The position numbers and the translations under genes are program-made. A model generated the notes under the pieces. That model was not told the origin of the DNA and searched no databases. It saw only the letters and a program-made list of their open reading frames with translations. 64,000 nt of DNA from Candidatus Poribacteria bacterium (GTDB taxonomy: Bacteria > Poribacteria > WGA-4E > WGA-3G): contig OZ240248.1 in NCBI GenBank assembly GCA_965198235.1, positions 3,776,001 through 3,840,000 on the forward strand, given 5' to 3'. Below, in pieces: positions 10,326-21,050 of this stretch; position 1 is the stretch's first letter; each line of letters starts with the position of its first letter.

Positions 10326-10371
10326 GTAGGAGGGGTGTTTTTGCTTGGGTGTTTCCCCCAAGTAACCCCGA
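10326..10371 (+). repeat. GTAG REP family B (GTAGGAGGG..GTAACCCCGA) interrupted by the GGGGAAACACCCAAGCAAAAACAC module
   Basis: Arms match the uninterrupted copies at 5954-5977 and 38945-38968; insert matches those at 24904, 37501 and 55289. Confidence 0.7.
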
Positions 10372-10526
10372 TTTCCCTGATACAGATAGTTTGATTTTAG
10401 CAGTGCCTCCTTTTTTAGTCAACCTCTTTGATTTCGTTCGTATCGTAGTGTTTGTAGTATTCTTCTTGCGGATTTCGTCAGAATTCGCTATAGTAATCTT
10501 CGGAAACCCGAAACAGTGTGTAAACT

Positions 10527-11438
10527 ATGGAATCAGTAAATCGGACACTCACAGCAATAGACGGAATCAAAGTAGGACATGCCACCAATTTAACCGCTCG
10601 AACAGGGTGTACCGTTATCCTCTGTCCAGCAGGTGCAACGGCAGGCGTTGATGTGCGCGGTGCTGCCCCGGGCACGCGGGAGACGGAAGCACTCCGTCCC
10701 GGACGTTTGGTCCAAAAGGCACACGCGGTACTTCTGACAGGAGGAAGTGCCTTCGGGTTGGATGCCGCAAGTGGTGTCGTCCAGTACCTTGAGGAAAAGA
10801 ATGTCGGTTTTCCCGCAGGTTCTGTTCGTGTGCCGATCGTTCCCGCGGCTGTTATCTTTGATCTGGGGGTTGGCAATGCGAAAGTCCGCCCTGACAAAGA
10901 GATGGGGTATCAGGCGTGCATTAACGCGACAGATGAACCCGTAGCAATGGGTGCTGTTGGAGCAGGCACAGGTGCTACCGTCGGTAAAGCCCCCGGCGTT
11001 ACATCTTCTCCGGGTGGTGTTGGCTCGGCGTGTGTCCGTCTCGACTCGGGTTTAATTGTTGCGGCAATTACGGTTGTGAATGCGCTTGGGAATGTTGTGC
11101 ATCCGAGGACGGGTGAGATTCTCGCGGGTGGGAAGGAAAACGGTGATTTCGTAGACATCACAGAGCGGCTCTTGGATGCCAACATAGTTCAGGGAACCAA
11201 TACGACTATCGGTGTTGTGGCTACGAATGCGACACTCACCCCTGCGGAGACGAACCGAGTTGCGGAGATGGCGCACGATGGAATGGCGCGCGCCATTCGT
11301 CCGGCACATACGATGTTCGATGGGGATACACTTTTTGCTCTCGCCACAGGATCGCACACCGGAAGCGGTGTAAACGCTGTTGGTATTCTCGCAGCGGAAG
11401 TCGTCGCGGAGGCGATTGTTAACGCCGTGACCGCTTAA
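10527..11438 (+). CDS. Peptidase family S58 / P1 (DmpA-like)
   Basis: DVRGAAPGTRET, LTGGSAFGL, GAGTGAT, NTTIGVVATNA, HTMFDGDTLF. Confidence 0.9.
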   Translation: MESVNRTLTAIDGIKVGHATNLTARTGCTVILCPAGATAGVDVRGAAPGTRETEALRPGRLVQKAHAVLLTGGSAFGLDAASGVVQYLEEKNVGFPAGSVRVPIVPAAVIFDLGVGNAKVRPDKEMGYQACINATDEPVAMGAVGAGTGATVGKAPGVTSSPGGVGSACVRLDSGLIVAAITVVNALGNVVHPRTGEILAGGKENGDFVDITERLLDANIVQGTNTTIGVVATNATLTPAETNRVAEMAHDGMARAIRPAHTMFDGDTLFALATGSHTGSGVNAVGILAAEVVAEAIVNAVTA

Positions 11439-12838
11439 ATCGATCGTCCTTGCATTGCTTCTGGGATGTCGATACTGAACTCGTTCAGCACTGTTGGGGC
11501 AATATCGTATATACTTTTGGCAGACACGTTTCCTATTTGTCGCGACCGGGAGGTCGTTCCTACATGGGAGTTTGACGCAGATTTGAGAATAAACATTCCC
11601 ATCTCCGCGTGGTTACAATCGTCGGGACCGGTATCGTTTTCGTAGGTATAGATGCTGTTGTATCCGACGCTTCCGACTGAACGCCAAAAGAGGTTGCCGA
11701 AGTAGACGATGAGATCAGGAGCGATGTTTCGACATTCTCGATAAACCTCTTCGGGCTTGAAAACGCGTGTGCCGATGTTATGTCCCTCCTCATCTACGAT
11801 CGCTTCGAGTCGCCCCTTCAATTCATCGCGGATGCTCTCATAATCTTGCGCGCTGACAATTCCATGGGGTTCTCTACCTTCAACATTTATGAAAATTCGT
11901 GCATAGTACCCGCCTTCTCCCCATGCCTTTGTCTGTTGCCAATCTACCATATCCGGTGTCCATCGCGTAATTCCTTGCGGTTCGGTTTTAAGCGTCAGGT
12001 AACCCTGCTTTCGGAGCCATTCGTTGACGCAGATACCTCCGTCCATCCGTTTCGCACCGTGATCGGAGACGACCATGACCGTGGTGTTCTCGTCTACACA
12101 CGCTAACGTCTCTCCGAGTTCGGCATCGAGGATACGATAGTAGTTTCGCATTGTCTCTGAGAACGGCGAGTCCGGTTCATACTTCGGATGCGTTTTATCC
12201 CAAAATCGCCAAAAAGCGTGATGAAGCCGATCTGATCCCATTTCAACCATTGTAAAGAAGTCCCAGTCCTTTGTTTCAAGCAGATAGCGTGCGAGTTTGA
12301 AACGTTCGGCGGTCATTTTGAGAAGTTGTTGTTCCAGTTCGGCGCGTCGGTCGGTCCGAAAATTGGGTATATCGATCATGTAATCGCTTGCGACTTGTGT
12401 GATTTCTCGTGTCAGTCGCCTCGGGAAGGTCCATTGTGAATTGAGATTGGGTGTGAGGAAACTGGTAACCATCCATCCCGGAAACGGTTTCGCCGGATAG
12501 GTGAGTGGCACCCCCAAAACGACCGACTTCTTTTGCGCCTGCCCTAAGAGATCCCAAAGTGTTGGCACTTTGATGGCGTGTGAGTTGGCGATGGTGAGTG
12601 CGTCGTAGGAATAGTCCTTGCGGTTGCGAAATCCGTAGATGCCGAGTTCACCCGGATCGCGGCTGGTCATCATGCACATCCACGCTGGCACGGTGATAGG
12701 TGGGATGGTGCTTTCCAATTCGCCGTAGATGCCTTTTCCCATCAAACGGCGCGTATTGGGCATGTCGGCTTTAAAAGCGTCGAAGACAAGCTCAGGTGCT
12801 GCACAATCCCAACCGATAATGAGGACGCGTTTTCTCAT
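11435..12838 (-). CDS. Alkaline phosphatase superfamily / type I phosphodiesterase-nucleotide pyrophosphatase
   Basis: IIGWDCA, STIPPITVPAW, DRLHH, VSDHG, DIAPT; start at MRKR (12838). Confidence 0.88.
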   Translation of the reverse strand: MRKRVLIIGWDCAAPELVFDAFKADMPNTRRLMGKGIYGELESTIPPITVPAWMCMMTSRDPGELGIYGFRNRKDYSYDALTIANSHAIKVPTLWDLLGQAQKKSVVLGVPLTYPAKPFPGWMVTSFLTPNLNSQWTFPRRLTREITQVASDYMIDIPNFRTDRRAELEQQLLKMTAERFKLARYLLETKDWDFFTMVEMGSDRLHHAFWRFWDKTHPKYEPDSPFSETMRNYYRILDAELGETLACVDENTTVMVVSDHGAKRMDGGICVNEWLRKQGYLTLKTEPQGITRWTPDMVDWQQTKAWGEGGYYARIFINVEGREPHGIVSAQDYESIRDELKGRLEAIVDEEGHNIGTRVFKPEEVYRECRNIAPDLIVYFGNLFWRSVGSVGYNSIYTYENDTGPDDCNHAEMGMFILKSASNSHVGTTSRSRQIGNVSAKSIYDIAPTVLNEFSIDIPEAMQGRSI

Positions 12839-12909
12839 ATTTTTAACTATAAAATTTGCTTGACACTCGCGTTTGACGATAGAATACAACTATCATTCTG
12901 AATTTTTAA

Positions 12910-13710
12910 TCACGGCTTGGTATCGGTATTAACAGGCGATTCGTCGTTGCTAAGGAACCGCTCAATCGTGTTTCTTGTTGCCGGGCGCGTACGGAAATCC
13001 GCAACCCACGGTTCCCGGAAGTACGCTTGCTTTTCACGCGGTAAAGCGGACAGAACTTCAGGCGGAATCGGTAGACGGTGCCAATGTGTTGCGAGATGCG
13101 CGTAGGCGTTTAGCACTGCCACACGCGGTGTCTCCCGTTGCCACACGGGACCGGCGTGACATAAGTTTTCCGTGAAGAAGATTGCACTGCCAGCGGGGCA
13201 TTCGTAGGTCATCAGAAACGGGCTCCGCTTCCCTTCCTCTAACGACATGTGGTCAGGATGCATCACGAAGTTGGATTTGTGACTACCAACTATAAAGTGC
13301 GTCGCACCATCCTTTTTAGAAATGTCTGTTAGTTCAAAGACGACGCGCACCATTCCAGCGTGAATTTGCCCGTTGTTGACGCGATACCCGAAGATTGGAT
13401 CTGCCTGTCGTGGTCCACCACCGTGGAGTTCACCGTGCCTCTGCCCTTTTTCGCGCCAGACAGAGTAGCAGTGCTCTAACCGGATCTCAGGTCCGATAAT
13501 TTCATGTAGGACATCCAGAACTTTGGGGTGATCAATTAGGACGCTCGCGGGACCGCCCGGCGCGGCACGGTGTTCCGGCGGTAAGGATTCTTTGTTGTGA
13601 TGTATCCGGTCGATCTGATCAACGATTGCATCTACTTCATCGCGTTCAAGGATCGCAGGACGAACGAGGAATCCAGTTAAGTCAAATCGAAATTTTTCTT
13701 CATCAGTCAT
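12910..13710 (-). CDS. Phytanoyl-CoA dioxygenase (PhyH) family protein
   Basis: FRFDLTGFLV start, LHGG, GSHKSN, GSAIFFTENLCHAG. Confidence 0.8.
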   Translation of the reverse strand: MTDEEKFRFDLTGFLVRPAILERDEVDAIVDQIDRIHHNKESLPPEHRAAPGGPASVLIDHPKVLDVLHEIIGPEIRLEHCYSVWREKGQRHGELHGGGPRQADPIFGYRVNNGQIHAGMVRVVFELTDISKKDGATHFIVGSHKSNFVMHPDHMSLEEGKRSPFLMTYECPAGSAIFFTENLCHAGPVWQRETPRVAVLNAYAHLATHWHRLPIPPEVLSALPREKQAYFREPWVADFRTRPATRNTIERFLSNDESPVNTDTKP

Positions 13711-13758
13711 AGGTTGATAGCTCCTATGTTATCTTTGTAGTAAAGCATAATTAGAAAA

Positions 13759-15117
13759 TTAGGCCCAACGAGGATTTCTGCCGCCGAACCGCTGCTCGCT
13801 GATGTTCCACAACTCTGATAACCCGAGTTGCCGAATGTGTTCCAACCCGGGTAGACACGGATCATTTATGCGGGTTAGCCATCGTTGGAGTTCCGCTTCG
13901 AGTTCTGCCCGCAAATCTTGTGAGTCCTCATCATCAATGAGATTGTTCAATTGATACGGATCGTTGTCGTTGTCGTAAAGCAACCAGCCTGTTCCGTCGT
14001 AGTGGCGCGCGTACGTATAACGGTGCGTGCGGGCACCACGCCACTCGCGAATACCAAAGTTAAAACCTTCACTTCCGTGCAAGGGGACTTCAAGCAACAC
14101 GGATTGTGGTTCGTTAATTGTATTGCCGAGCATCGCTTCTGAAAGGTCAATACCTTCCACACCCTCTGGAATTGATAAGTCGCATAAGGACAACATTGAC
14201 GGCATGAAATCCACGAGGCTTAGCAGGGTGTCGCGGGTAACGCCTGCTGGAATTCTGCGTGGCCAACGAACCATGAAAGGAATACGACTGGATTCGTCCC
14301 ATGGACGTTCTTTTCTGACATGTCCGTGGCTACCGAGCATATCGCCGTGGTCAGATGTGTAGACAAGGATGGTATCGTCAGCGATACCGATTTCGTCAAG
14401 CGCACCCATCAAACGTCCAAGATTTTCATCCAGAGCTGTGATATGCGCGTAGTAGCCGGAGAGATCGTTCCGTGTCGCGGGTGTGTCTACCGCATTCGGG
14501 CGTAACTGGATCTGTTCTGGTGGATACATCGCTTTGTAGCGTTCCGGCACATGTTCATACGGATTGTGTGGCGGTCCCCAACTTACATAGAGGCAGAAGG
14601 GTTCATCGGCATGATCGCGGCAGTATTCAATAGCTTTGTCGGTCTGGAACTCTGGTTCATAGCCGTCAATCTGGAATCGATTTCCGTCCGAGTCGTGGTA
14701 CGGGGCATTGAAATAGTCGTGGTGGCAATTCCAGCCGATCCAATCATCAAAGCCGAACCGCATCTCAGGTGTAATGAACTTGTCTCTGGGCATGCCGCCG
14801 AGGTGCCATTTACCGATGTAGCCGGTTGCGTATCCGGCTTCTTTGAAGACTTCCGCGATGCCAGTTTCCGTCAAAGGGAGCGGTAGATCGTTGGAGACGG
14901 CTTTGTGGTTCAACGGGTATTTGCCTGTCATCAGGCATCCACGCGCCGGCACACATATCGGGACATTAGTGAAGGTATTGGGAAAAAACATCCCTTCCTG
15001 TGCGAGTTGATCCATCGCTGGGGTCTGCACTTGAGGGTTGCCTGCGCATCCGACATCACATTGACGATGCTGGTCGCCAAAGACGAAGATTAAATTGGGT
15101 TTACGAGTAGTTTCCAT
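13759..15117 (-). CDS. Formylglycine-dependent sulfatase
   Basis: PNLIFVFGDQHR, CVPAR (CxPxR) LMTG, GKWHLG, TSDHG. Confidence 0.93.
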   Translation of the reverse strand: METTRKPNLIFVFGDQHRQCDVGCAGNPQVQTPAMDQLAQEGMFFPNTFTNVPICVPARGCLMTGKYPLNHKAVSNDLPLPLTETGIAEVFKEAGYATGYIGKWHLGGMPRDKFITPEMRFGFDDWIGWNCHHDYFNAPYHDSDGNRFQIDGYEPEFQTDKAIEYCRDHADEPFCLYVSWGPPHNPYEHVPERYKAMYPPEQIQLRPNAVDTPATRNDLSGYYAHITALDENLGRLMGALDEIGIADDTILVYTSDHGDMLGSHGHVRKERPWDESSRIPFMVRWPRRIPAGVTRDTLLSLVDFMPSMLSLCDLSIPEGVEGIDLSEAMLGNTINEPQSVLLEVPLHGSEGFNFGIREWRGARTHRYTYARHYDGTGWLLYDNDNDPYQLNNLIDDEDSQDLRAELEAELQRWLTRINDPCLPGLEHIRQLGLSELWNISEQRFGGRNPRWA

Positions 15118-15136
15118 TTTTTAATTTCTTGCTCCT

Positions 15137-15291
15137 GGGCATCGTTCCACTTCGTTTCACGATGGTTTCTGGTGAATCCCAACGCAATTAAAGATATGTA
15201 CGCTCTTTAAGACTTTCCTTAAAAGCGTTCACAGCACCAGTTGCGTCGGACTTCACTGAAAACTACTGCGGAAAGTAATGGAGCAGTGATC
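15137..15291. repeat. Inverted pair of 13-nt-loop hairpin elements; also 17352-17468, 18508-18541 (single) and 43154-43307
   Basis: Consensus GRAACC-N5-GNAANGWARTGGA-N5'-GCCC with N5/N5' complementary in all seven copies. Confidence 0.8.
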
Positions 15292-15316
15292 AGAGTCCCA
15301 TAGGTAAAAAACAATT

Positions 15317-16354
15317 CTAAATCTGCTGCATCCATGTATAAATTTGGCGAAGTGCACTCTCACTCTTTGTCCACAACGCTCTTTTCAGTGGCGAAATTAT
15401 CTTTGTGTAACTGGCGAAGTCTGTCCGGACGGCGCGATACTGTTCCTTATGCGCAATTAACCCTGTGTTCTCTGGTGGCGATGCGCCGAAATCCACCCAT
15501 TCGTATTGTTCATGACACGCCCGTGTGATGATGTGATGGAAAATCGCGTTGTTAGGACGGTATTTCAGGAACGCTGGCGCAGATGCTTCACACCACAACG
15601 TTACGGTCTTATTGAAGAATAGATAGAGCAGTCCTGCGATAATTGTGCCACGATATGTGGCGATAGCAAGTTTGGCGATTTTCCGCTGCAGGAGTGTCTG
15701 CATAAGCGCGCACGGTTTCGGGGTGCCACCTAACCGTTTTACTGTCATGAGATACATGTCGTAAAAGGTGGATAAAGCCGCTTCGCTATCTGTGTCCGTG
15801 ACTGTCACACCCGATTTCTCTGCCTTCCTGACCGCGCCCCGTACCCGTTTGTTATAGGCGTGCCAGAGGGATTCAACATCTCCGTTCGTTTTCAAAAGAT
15901 GTGTGAAATGGTCCGTTCGTTCGTAGCCCATTTCATCGAAAAGATCGTCGTCCGTCGTGGTGTGATTAGGTGTCAGTGTCCAACGGATTTCACACCATCC
16001 CTTTGCTGCTGCTGCGGCTTCGATGGACCTTATCAGTGTTTCAGGGTTTATTTGCCCTGATTCGATAAGGTGTACACCACCAAATAGATTCCACGGCATT
16101 GAGTGCCATAGACGGATGCCCGGTATTGGTTGAAAGACGAAGGCAGGCAGCCCACCTATCACTGAATCATCTTGATTGATGAGTAGGTAAGTTGGGCGTA
16201 GGGGTTGGGTTACCCAACTCCTACCAAACGTGCTCGCTAATGCATCTCGCCACGCGAGACTTTGAAAGGCAGTCGTATCTGGACATTGCCGAAGAATGGC
16301 ATCCCATTTATCCTGATTTTGAGGGGTCAAAGGGTCTAAGATGTACACATGCAT
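15317..16354 (-). CDS. GNAT/FemAB-like acyltransferase domain protein
   Basis: FQSLAW, KRVRGAVRKAEKSGV, PNNAIFHHII...WVDFGAS...HKEQY. Confidence 0.8.
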   Translation of the reverse strand: MHVYILDPLTPQNQDKWDAILRQCPDTTAFQSLAWRDALASTFGRSWVTQPLRPTYLLINQDDSVIGGLPAFVFQPIPGIRLWHSMPWNLFGGVHLIESGQINPETLIRSIEAAAAAKGWCEIRWTLTPNHTTTDDDLFDEMGYERTDHFTHLLKTNGDVESLWHAYNKRVRGAVRKAEKSGVTVTDTDSEAALSTFYDMYLMTVKRLGGTPKPCALMQTLLQRKIAKLAIATYRGTIIAGLLYLFFNKTVTLWCEASAPAFLKYRPNNAIFHHIITRACHEQYEWVDFGASPPENTGLIAHKEQYRAVRTDFASYTKIISPLKRALWTKSESALRQIYTWMQQI

Positions 16355-16393
16355 ATCTTGTAGGAGCGAGCTCCAGCTCGCGATTCCTTAGAG

Positions 16394-17332
16394 TTATGCC
16401 GCCAGTGCCGCGAACAGTGCCTTAATGTAACCGACAGAATAAGCTAACCCAACATCGCCTTCTAATTTCGGGATGTGATCGGCGTTGATACATCCGTCAA
16501 ACCCGACTTTTTGTAGTTCACGGACGATTTTGAAAGCGTTCATGTCGCCATCGTCAAGGAGGACTTCCTCAAACGCTCCGGCTGTTGCAAGGCTACCGCG
16601 GACGTTCCGTAGATGAACCATGAAGATACGCCCTTTACGTCCGTAGTTGTTGATTTCGTCAAGAACAATCGCACTACCTCCAGCCTCCGCCCGAGTGCCA
16701 CAACAATAGAGATAGCCAACGTTTCTGCTCGGGAAGGTATCAGTGACACGGTGGAAGCCGAGACCGCCGAGGGGTGTATCCGGGTTCGGCACGTCTGACG
16801 GATGGATAGCGATTTTAATGTCGTATTCATCGGCGATAGGTACGAGTGCTCCGTAAATTTCGGTAAAACGTTTCCACCATTCGTCAAGTGCTTCCATCGT
16901 CGGTGTGGATGGTGGATTTTGGGTTGCGGCACGGCTTTCGCCACGGGAGGTATAACCCCCCCTATGTACGGATGAATAACGTGTCATTAGATAGTCAAAC
17001 GTATCACCCCAAAATCTCTGGCGCGCAATAGGCACACCAGCTTCAGCGAAGACCCGGAGGGCATTACACGTGTGCTCTAACTCCTTTTCGCCATCGGGTT
17101 GACCCCGCATAAACTTTTCTGTGATATTCGGAAGCGTCACGCGGTTGATATCAAGTCCCCAGGAACGGATCCGTTTTTTGATTTTCAACAATTCGTCTAA
17201 GTCGGGGTAACCCTGTTCTTCAACTCCGGGAAAAGCATTACCGCCCCCAAAGTCGATACAGTCTGCACCGAGTTGTGTAACCTGTTTGAGATAGCTATCA
17301 GAAAGTCCGCCATCCCAGACTGAAATTTTCAT
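16394..17332 (-). CDS. uxuA: Mannonate dehydratase (UxuA) family
   Basis: IAIHPSD, HLRNVRG, EVLLDDGDMN, ADHIP, AYSVGYIKAL. Confidence 0.8.
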   Translation of the reverse strand: MKISVWDGGLSDSYLKQVTQLGADCIDFGGGNAFPGVEEQGYPDLDELLKIKKRIRSWGLDINRVTLPNITEKFMRGQPDGEKELEHTCNALRVFAEAGVPIARQRFWGDTFDYLMTRYSSVHRGGYTSRGESRAATQNPPSTPTMEALDEWWKRFTEIYGALVPIADEYDIKIAIHPSDVPNPDTPLGGLGFHRVTDTFPSRNVGYLYCCGTRAEAGGSAIVLDEINNYGRKGRIFMVHLRNVRGSLATAGAFEEVLLDDGDMNAFKIVRELQKVGFDGCINADHIPKLEGDVGLAYSVGYIKALFAALAA

Positions 17333-17480
17333 GTTTTAAATGATCTCCTCTGGGCATTGCTCCATTACATTCCGCAATGGTTTCCGGTAAAGTTAGCAAC
17401 CTCTCATAACCTAAAGCGGGTTCTCAACTTAGACGGAGACCGTTGTGGAACGAAGTGGAACAACGCCCATATTCAATAAA

Positions 17481-18488
17481 TTAAAAAGGTAACGAAACGG
17501 GTTGCCCGCTCTCAACAGATTGATATGCAGCCAATGCGATTTCGACTGCGGCACGACCGTCTAAGCCTGTGATAGGTGGCGATGTGTCGTTACGGATTGC
17601 GTCTACGAAGACGCGAATTTCTTCTTCAACCGGTGACGGCACCTTGATATCTGCCACTTTAATCTGTCGTCCTTCACCCTCAAAAGGTTTAATCTGGATG
17701 GCTGCATCGCCTCCCCAGATCTGTGGAAAATAGATGGAACCGCCTTTGCAATCGACGCGTCCGCCATAACCACCGACAGCGGAGACATGACTGGAGTGGA
17801 GCAATCCGACCGCTCCGTTTGCAAACTGCAAGGAAGCAAGCACAACATCTGGATAGTCGCTTTTATCTGGTCCGTATTGTCCGCCGATGGCATAGACAGA
17901 GGCTACATCTCCACAGGTCCAACGCATAAAGTCTATTTCATGGGCGTTGATTTCCATGAGACTCCCGCCAGACTTCGCACGCTCCAGTCGCCATGGTGTG
18001 TGACTGTACCCACTGCGCCATGGGCCCCCGATCCGATGCACCATCATACAGGCGGGTGCGCCGAGTTCCTCGCTCTGCACAATTTCACGAACGACGGAAT
18101 GCGTCCCGTGGTAACGACATACCAAGCCGATCGTAAGTTTGACACCGTTTGCGTCTGCGGCGGCAATCATCGCGTCGCAGGCCTCCAACGTAGGTGCCAT
18201 CGGTTTTTCGGAAAATACATGTTTGCCTGCATTCGCGGCATCGACTGCCATCTGTGAGTGCATAAATGGTGGTGACGCGATTAGGACTGCACGAATCCGA
18301 TCATCGGCGAGTAATTCGTGGTAATTTAGTGTATAGGACACACTAAGGTCTGTGGCAAGTTTTTCAGCCAGTGCTTCTTGCACATCACTGACAGAGATAA
18401 CTTCTATTCCCTCAACAGCATGGGCACTGGTGGCAAGGCTTCTGCCCATGCCACCGCATCCGATAACGCCAACTCCAATCGTTTCCAT
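17481..18488 (-). CDS. Gfo/Idh/MocA oxidoreductase
   Basis: GVIGCGGMG, GKHVFSEKPM, GGSLMEINAHEID; start at METIG after RBS. Confidence 0.9.
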   Translation of the reverse strand: METIGVGVIGCGGMGRSLATSAHAVEGIEVISVSDVQEALAEKLATDLSVSYTLNYHELLADDRIRAVLIASPPFMHSQMAVDAANAGKHVFSEKPMAPTLEACDAMIAAADANGVKLTIGLVCRYHGTHSVVREIVQSEELGAPACMMVHRIGGPWRSGYSHTPWRLERAKSGGSLMEINAHEIDFMRWTCGDVASVYAIGGQYGPDKSDYPDVVLASLQFANGAVGLLHSSHVSAVGGYGGRVDCKGGSIYFPQIWGGDAAIQIKPFEGEGRQIKVADIKVPSPVEEEIRVFVDAIRNDTSPPITGLDGRAAVEIALAAYQSVESGQPVSLPF

Positions 18489-18543
18489 TTTTAATTTATG
18501 GCCTCCTGGGCTGCGCTCCACTTCGTTTCGCGCAGGTTTCCGA

Positions 18544-19443
18544 TTATCTCCGTCTTGCTTTGATATGACCCCAAGTAACGCTCAAATGGCTCGCTGAAGG
18601 ACTGACATCAAGCCCTGTAGCTTCCATGTTGTTCTGAACCTCTGCTGCACTCAGAACGCGATCGTAAATTCGGAATTCGTCAATATACCCCTGAATCGTA
18701 TCGCAATCGCATCCATCTGACCGATCCCCAATGCCGAGGAGAAGCCCTCCCTTTGAAATCTTACCGCCCTTCATGGCGTACTTTTTTTCCTGTTTTCCAT
18801 TCACATAATAGTGAACCGTTTTACCATCATAGGTGCCAGTGAGGTGCAGCCACTCTTCAAGTGGGATGTCCTCCAGTACATTGTCCTGTGCAGCCACCGT
18901 TGATTGGCCACCGGCTCTGACGAAGAAGCCGTGTTGGTTGTCGTCATCGTCATAGTAAAGGCTCGCGACTGCGCTGTTCGTTGGCATATCGTCGAGTGAG
19001 ATAATCCGATTCCAACTGTCATCCAAGGCGTTGACGTAGACCCAACATTCCAAGGAGATCTCCTCCCAATCCCGATCGATTTTCGGTGGGTTTGAATCTT
19101 CAACGAGGAATCGGTCAACACTCCCATCAAAAAGGATGCACTCGCCGACTTTGCAATCGGAGGCGGGTGCGAGTTCAGGGTCCCCCTTAACAGCGGCAGC
19201 GAGTCCTGACAGGAGATCTACCGCCTCGGTTTTGATCTTTACCGTGTCTTTGTCGAAGGACCAATAGGCGATTAAGCCATCTTCAACCGCTCCGACAATT
19301 GCATCGGTAGGTTGGGCATTCCATCCGAGGAACGCGATAAGGAGAAGGGCGAATGCGCGTTTGGCATTCGCAAAGACTGTAAAGAACCGTGAATTTTCCA
19401 CAAAATGTCTGCTCTGAAAACGGGCACCGTTTTTTAGACGCAT
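18544..19443 (-). CDS. Secreted LamG domain protein with C-terminal V-S-P...HL..TW..IK motif
   Basis: GLIAYWSFD, WLHLTGTYDG, GYIDEFRIYDRVLSAAEV; tail DVSPSASHLSVTWGHIK. Confidence 0.85.
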   Translation of the reverse strand: MRLKNGARFQSRHFVENSRFFTVFANAKRAFALLLIAFLGWNAQPTDAIVGAVEDGLIAYWSFDKDTVKIKTEAVDLLSGLAAAVKGDPELAPASDCKVGECILFDGSVDRFLVEDSNPPKIDRDWEEISLECWVYVNALDDSWNRIISLDDMPTNSAVASLYYDDDDNQHGFFVRAGGQSTVAAQDNVLEDIPLEEWLHLTGTYDGKTVHYYVNGKQEKKYAMKGGKISKGGLLLGIGDRSDGCDCDTIQGYIDEFRIYDRVLSAAEVQNNMEATGLDVSPSASHLSVTWGHIKARRR

Positions 19444-19571
19444 GATTCATTTCCTCCTTCTACCTAATACAGGGGTATGAGTGAGCCAAAGGATGGATAC
19501 TTCGGTTCACAATGTAGGTTCGTTAGGACGTGAGGTATAGATGTCTCGTGTTACACCGAAAAGGAACGGGT

Positions 19572-20966
19572 TTAAAACATGTCGCGCATGGCACGTTCAC
19601 GCCGATCCGCGATTTGACGTTCACGCTCCTCATCAGACTGCCGACCATGTGGTACAGCAATGATGGGTCGGTATTCGGCGACTTCGCTCTTGCGCTTGAA
19701 CACTCGGAAGAAGTCGAAACGGGTTAAGGTTGGCGGAATGTTCCCGGGACACAGTGAATGTACCCCAACATGCACCGAATTTCCCATGCCAACGTTGGTT
19801 TGCCCACAGCTTTTCCATTGAATGCCGTCGTCACTGGCGAAAGCGGAGAATTGGTTACCTCTACGTTCCATGCGTAAGAAGAGTTCTCGGACATTTCTAA
19901 GTCCACTGCTACGTCCGCGTAGATTAAATGAGCGTCCGACGTGGCGTTCAAATCGGACATCGCCTCTGAATGCGTGTGGTCCCGAGGTTTTTTCAAGTCT
20001 GAGGAATCGATTGGGATTTTTCCATACCAATAAGCCACCGTGTTCTTTCAGTTGTGGCGAGATTCGCATGCGAGTTTCAATAGCGAAGTCTCCAGCGACT
20101 TCCATGAGGAGACGGGGTGCACTCATATCGCCGCTTCTGCCGTCTGGACCGTGCCAAAGGTCTTGCCCGGGTTCAGTCCGCATTTCCAGATAGCCTTGGC
20201 GTTCTGCCCAGGAACCGCCGCCTTTCGGGTCGTCCCACCGCCATTCCGGACGCATACGGTTTCCGATGAACTCATCTTCAAATACCATCTCTGTGAACTC
20301 ACCAGAAGATGCCCATCCTTCAATCTTCACAGCGGAGATAGAATCTCCAAAGTTTTGGGGGAGTAAATGGAGGTTCGGCAACTCCTTTTTGTATTCCGAG
20401 GGTTCCATGCGTATGGGTAGAGGTGCCCCCTCAAAGTCAGGGTGTTCGTAAAAGACCACCTCCGCGCCATGTCGCGGGAAATCCGGTCCTTTGAAGATGC
20501 GGATTGACGAAATTCGGTCTTCAAACCAAGTACCACCTTGCGCATCCCGTAGGTTGGCGATATCGCGCAGAATGGTGATTTTTCTACCTCGGAATTCGAC
20601 GTGTTCGTAGCAATCCACAATCAGCGGGATAGTCCCCCACTCCGGTCCAACCACCTCCAGCGTGGAACCGAAGTTGATTGATGAGATTCTGTCGGCGAAG
20701 TTGTAAGCGGTGTCGTGCAGGTTCGGATAAAATCCGGGCCCGAGTGCTAACTTTTGACCGCGGAAATGGCGATGCTGGTAAAGGATGACTTTGTAATTCG
20801 GGTTCGACGAGAAGTTCGGACCCTTATAGACACGAACAGAAGAGATATTGTCTTGAAACCCGATGTCTCGTGTAAAGGGAACAGGCTCCACAACATATCC
20901 CATTCTGCCCCGGAAGTTTGTATGTTGGAACACCTCAACAACGAGGCGCGGTATGACGACTGGCAT
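19572..20966 (-). CDS. Beta/gamma-crystallin (four Greek-key motifs) fused to DUF1349/ConA-like domain
   Basis: Four [FY]xHxxFxG...D[NRS]IS[SA][VI] repeats; C-terminal DLW..APRL..GDF.IET..GL.VW..FLRLE pattern. Confidence 0.8.
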   Translation of the reverse strand: MPVVIPRLVVEVFQHTNFRGRMGYVVEPVPFTRDIGFQDNISSVRVYKGPNFSSNPNYKVILYQHRHFRGQKLALGPGFYPNLHDTAYNFADRISSINFGSTLEVVGPEWGTIPLIVDCYEHVEFRGRKITILRDIANLRDAQGGTWFEDRISSIRIFKGPDFPRHGAEVVFYEHPDFEGAPLPIRMEPSEYKKELPNLHLLPQNFGDSISAVKIEGWASSGEFTEMVFEDEFIGNRMRPEWRWDDPKGGGSWAERQGYLEMRTEPGQDLWHGPDGRSGDMSAPRLLMEVAGDFAIETRMRISPQLKEHGGLLVWKNPNRFLRLEKTSGPHAFRGDVRFERHVGRSFNLRGRSSGLRNVRELFLRMERRGNQFSAFASDDGIQWKSCGQTNVGMGNSVHVGVHSLCPGNIPPTLTRFDFFRVFKRKSEVAEYRPIIAVPHGRQSDEERERQIADRRERAMRDMF

Positions 20967-21050
20967 TATTTTCTCCTTTTTTAATGGTTATCAGTTTTAA
21001 CCATCAACTCGCACATTGATAAAAGTGTTAAGGCACGAGTTGATGGTTAA

